A DNA stretch of 63,197 bases, the filler included, from Aduncisulcus paluster (Eukaryota), in assembly GCA_024181965.1 (NCBI GenBank). It is 5 parts of 5 records of this genome, joined end to end, with 100 filler letters (N's around TTAATTAATTAA, not from the genome) between each part and the next. Parts side by side here need not be neighbours in the genome. Positions count along the whole stretch, not along the records: positions 60,444 to 63,197 come from BQXS01013434.1; 4 more parts are not named here. One strand, given 5' to 3'. Each line of letters opens with the position of its first letter. The stretch's first letter is position 1. A program made the translations under genes and the position numbers. Of this stretch, positions 60,344 through 63,197 are shown in pieces. Under the pieces are notes generated by a model. That model saw only the letters and a program-made list of their open reading frames with translations. It searched no databases and had not been told where the DNA came from.

Positions 60344-60443
60344 NNNNNNNNNNNNNNNNNNNNNNNNNNNNNNNNNNNNNNNNNNNNTTAATTAATTAAN
60401 NNNNNNNNNNNNNNNNNNNNNNNNNNNNNNNNNNNNNNNNNNN
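60344..60443. other. Artificial contig linker
   Basis: N-run + TTAATTAATTAA + N-run. Confidence 0.97.
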
Positions 60444-61803
60444 GTCTCTCGGACGAACAAATGCTGTGAGCGGTGATACCACATCTGCCCCCTGCTCTGA
60501 TCCTCAAAATTATGTTCAGAGACCTGCTCAACGTTGGCTTGATGGATGTAAGACGGACGATGGGACTGTAAAGCAATTCACTGCTGTGCAAAAAGGCTCG
60601 TCTGCCAGTGTTGAATCCCAGCTTAAGCGTGAAGACTTTGGAGGTTTGTCGATTCGTGTGTTCTTCCCACTAATGTTCAAGCCATCTGAAGTAACTTTCA
60701 CAATTGGCGATAAAACTTTTACTGAGAAAGATCTGTTCAAACCTCTCCATGAACTTGGCTTGTCTATTGGTTCAACCATCAATCTCAGCATGAAACCAAC
60801 GGTAATCCGAACGATCAACTCTTTCAAAGAACTTGAGAGGACAACAGTCGGTGAACTTCCCATTGGTCGAGATATTCTTCGTCTTGAAGCGCAATTCACA
60901 CGCCATAAAGAATTCAAACAAAAGTCTCGGATGATAGAGCAGGATCTGTTGATGGGGGAAGGAGGAATAATGAGAGGAAATCTGGAAGACATGATTGCTC
61001 GTGCATCTCTTATAGAAACCCAATCCTGTAGAAGATTTGCTTCAGGACTGAAACCCGAACGTAAATCGTTGTTCGGTCGGATGTTCGCAACCAAGAAGAG
61101 ATCCATTTCAAGCAAGAAGAAATCCAAAAAGGATTCTCAAGTGAAGCTTGGCAAGGAAATGAGTCTTGGTGCAGGTGCAGCCATCACTCAGAAGGTGTAT
61201 AAAAGCTCTCGTTCGCTCTCTGATTATGATATTTACTTCCCTCTTGTTGCCAGAGTTCGGATCTGTGATGAAATATTGTGGGCTGCTGTGACAAGCTTAT
61301 TACCTCCACGTATTCCAAGCCCTTCTTATTACCCTGCCAAGTATAGAAGCCTCCCCTTTTTCTCTGTTAAGGATTCTAGACTCAAGGATGTGAAGGCGTC
61401 AAATGTGCTTGCGATGATCCAAAGCCTTGAACAGATGACCGGAGATCGTCCAGCAGAAGTTGATGTTGGATCAATCCATTCGATCCCCATTCATGGTCAA
61501 AAGGACATTGAAAAGGAGAAACCCATAAGTCCTCCCAGCCCTCAACCAAGTGAGGATCCGTCCACTCCTTCTGGGATATCAAAAGAAGATGCTGTGAAAT
61601 GTGCAGAGATCCAATCTGAGATCTCTTCCATGGAGTTTGAGAAGAAAAAGTTCGAGTTAACTTGCTTGAAAATGAAGAAGCAGATGCAAGAGAGCGATAT
61701 TGATTTGTCCATGGATATCATGGAAATTGAGGTTAAAATTGCCGAAGTTGACATGAAAATATCTCAACGGAAGAAGGATCTTGCGTTGCTAATGGTGAAA
61801 TGA
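60444..61803 (+). CDS. Uncharacterised conserved-family protein (PQNYV..P.Q.WLDG...QF.A...GG motif) with possible ubiquitin-like insert and C-terminal coiled coil, 5'-partial
   Basis: PQNYVQRPAQRWLDG...VKQFTAV...VESQL...FGGLSI, EMSLGAGAAITQKVY and Y-x-x-LPFF blocks; the frame is open to the contig edge. Confidence 0.7.
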
Positions 61804-63197
61804 TTCAACGAATGCGAATGAATGTAACATCATGTTTCAGATAGTTCTTAAATCTTCTATTTCATCTGCTTTCATATCTTAATGAGTTGGTAGTTTAGTT
61901 TTATTAGTCGTTCAGTTTTGTTCATTGTCTCAGGTTTGTTGATCGAACTGTGTTTCCATATTTCTATATAGACTCTCAAATATATGAGAGATAGTTTATT
62001 ACAATAGTTTATAATAATTCTTGTTTTTTCACTCTTGTTGTTTATCGTTGTTTTTTTGCGTTTCTTTTTCACGCGATCCATATCATTGATAATCAAAGAA
62101 TAAACCATTGCTGGTGATACCTATTATTGTTCTATTTTCTGTTGAAGCTATGAGATATCAACTTCATATCGGGGATTAATCGTAATCTTCATAATATCTG
62201 ACAAGGAGTTGTTCGGTTCTGTGCAATCCTATTCATCACACACACTTCAATATTCCCGATCAATATTAGTTATACAACACACAATTCTACATTGGTTTGG
62301 ATTCGAGGAATGATGTTGAATAAACACCAATCGCAAGGATTCTGAGGGAATATCACCTATTTCACGACGTATTTCACCTTCCTAAATGAAAATAGAAAGT
62401 CGATGTTCTAAAAATAGATTTTCTAAAAATAGAAATACAATTTACTATTTCAGTCAATTTCATCATATTTACACATTTTCCATCAATATTAATCAACAAT
62501 TCATTTTTTATCATGCAAAATAGCTTATGTTTAAATTCTCATCGAATGTGAAGTTTCCATGATATGTATTGGTGAGATAAAACGAGGTTCCAAACCAATA
62601 TCTGATAAAATAGGATCAAATACCCGCATATCCATGAAAATAGACAAACCAAAGTTCGAAAAATAGAAAATCTAAAAATAGAATTTTCAAATTATCGAAT
62701 GTTCCTAATCCAGTTATATTCTTGATTTCAGCATCGAACTCCATTGCAAAGTTGTCCAATGAACCATATATGATCATTATGACACAACTTCATCAGAAAT
62801 TCTTTGTTTTGTTATTGAATGAGAAGTAACTCACCCAAAAATGATACTCTAGCGTGTTTCATTCAAAACTATAATTTAAGTAATTCCATATATGGAAAAT
62901 AGAACGATCAGGAACATATTCTCGGAATTCAATTAACTTCTTTTCGATTTCTTTTTGATTAGGTTGCAATATTAAAGAACCAACCTCATAAACTGGACCA
63001 AATATAGAAGGGATCGAGCCACTCGAATAACCCTTTAGATTTGGATGAATTGTGTTTATAAAATGGACAATACGCATTGCACACATCTGAATGACTCCCT
63101 TCACGATTGGGTTACCATCAAAAGATCCACATTCCGGCATACGAATGGAAAAAGGTCGAACAAAGAGTTGAGAAACATATGGTGTACGCTCAAATTG

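Noticed and set aside
62100..63197. Minus-strand ORF pieces and short CTAAAAATAGA repeats
   Set aside because: I could not build a consistent spliced model or recognise a domain.

Overview
This is eukaryotic, AT-rich, intron-poor protist DNA. It is not one continuous locus: five contigs are joined by N-padded TTAATTAATTAA linkers (17350-17449, 39403-39502, 57052-57151, 60344-60443). The expanded hypothetical families look to me like those of the free-living fornicate Aduncisulcus (a Carpediemonas-like organism); this is recognition from memory, not a search result. Contig 1 (1-17349) has no recognisable intact host gene. It holds a ~418-bp hairpin-rich tandem repeat, then ~13 kb of broken reading frames. 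These encode about five CMC-type (Plavaka/Mirage/CACTA-like) DDE transposase relics, two OTU-protease halves, a RING, a zinc finger and a FANCJ/RTEL1-type helicase piece, all on the minus strand. Contigs 2-3 are ordinary gene-dense DNA: EGF surface protein, UTP25, tRNA-Met, UTP15, RPL19, RasGAP (one intron), WDR62/MAPKBP1-like, PX protein, EXS/ERD1-like (intron right after the ATG) and a half-size ABCA with a Cys-rich insert. Contig 4 is a gag-like ORF with two CCHC knuckles and no pol, bracketed by a >=343-bp inverted repeat. Contig 5 encodes a member of an uncharacterised family with a possible ubiquitin-like insert. Six 20-N gaps have duplicated flanks that are assembly artefacts.
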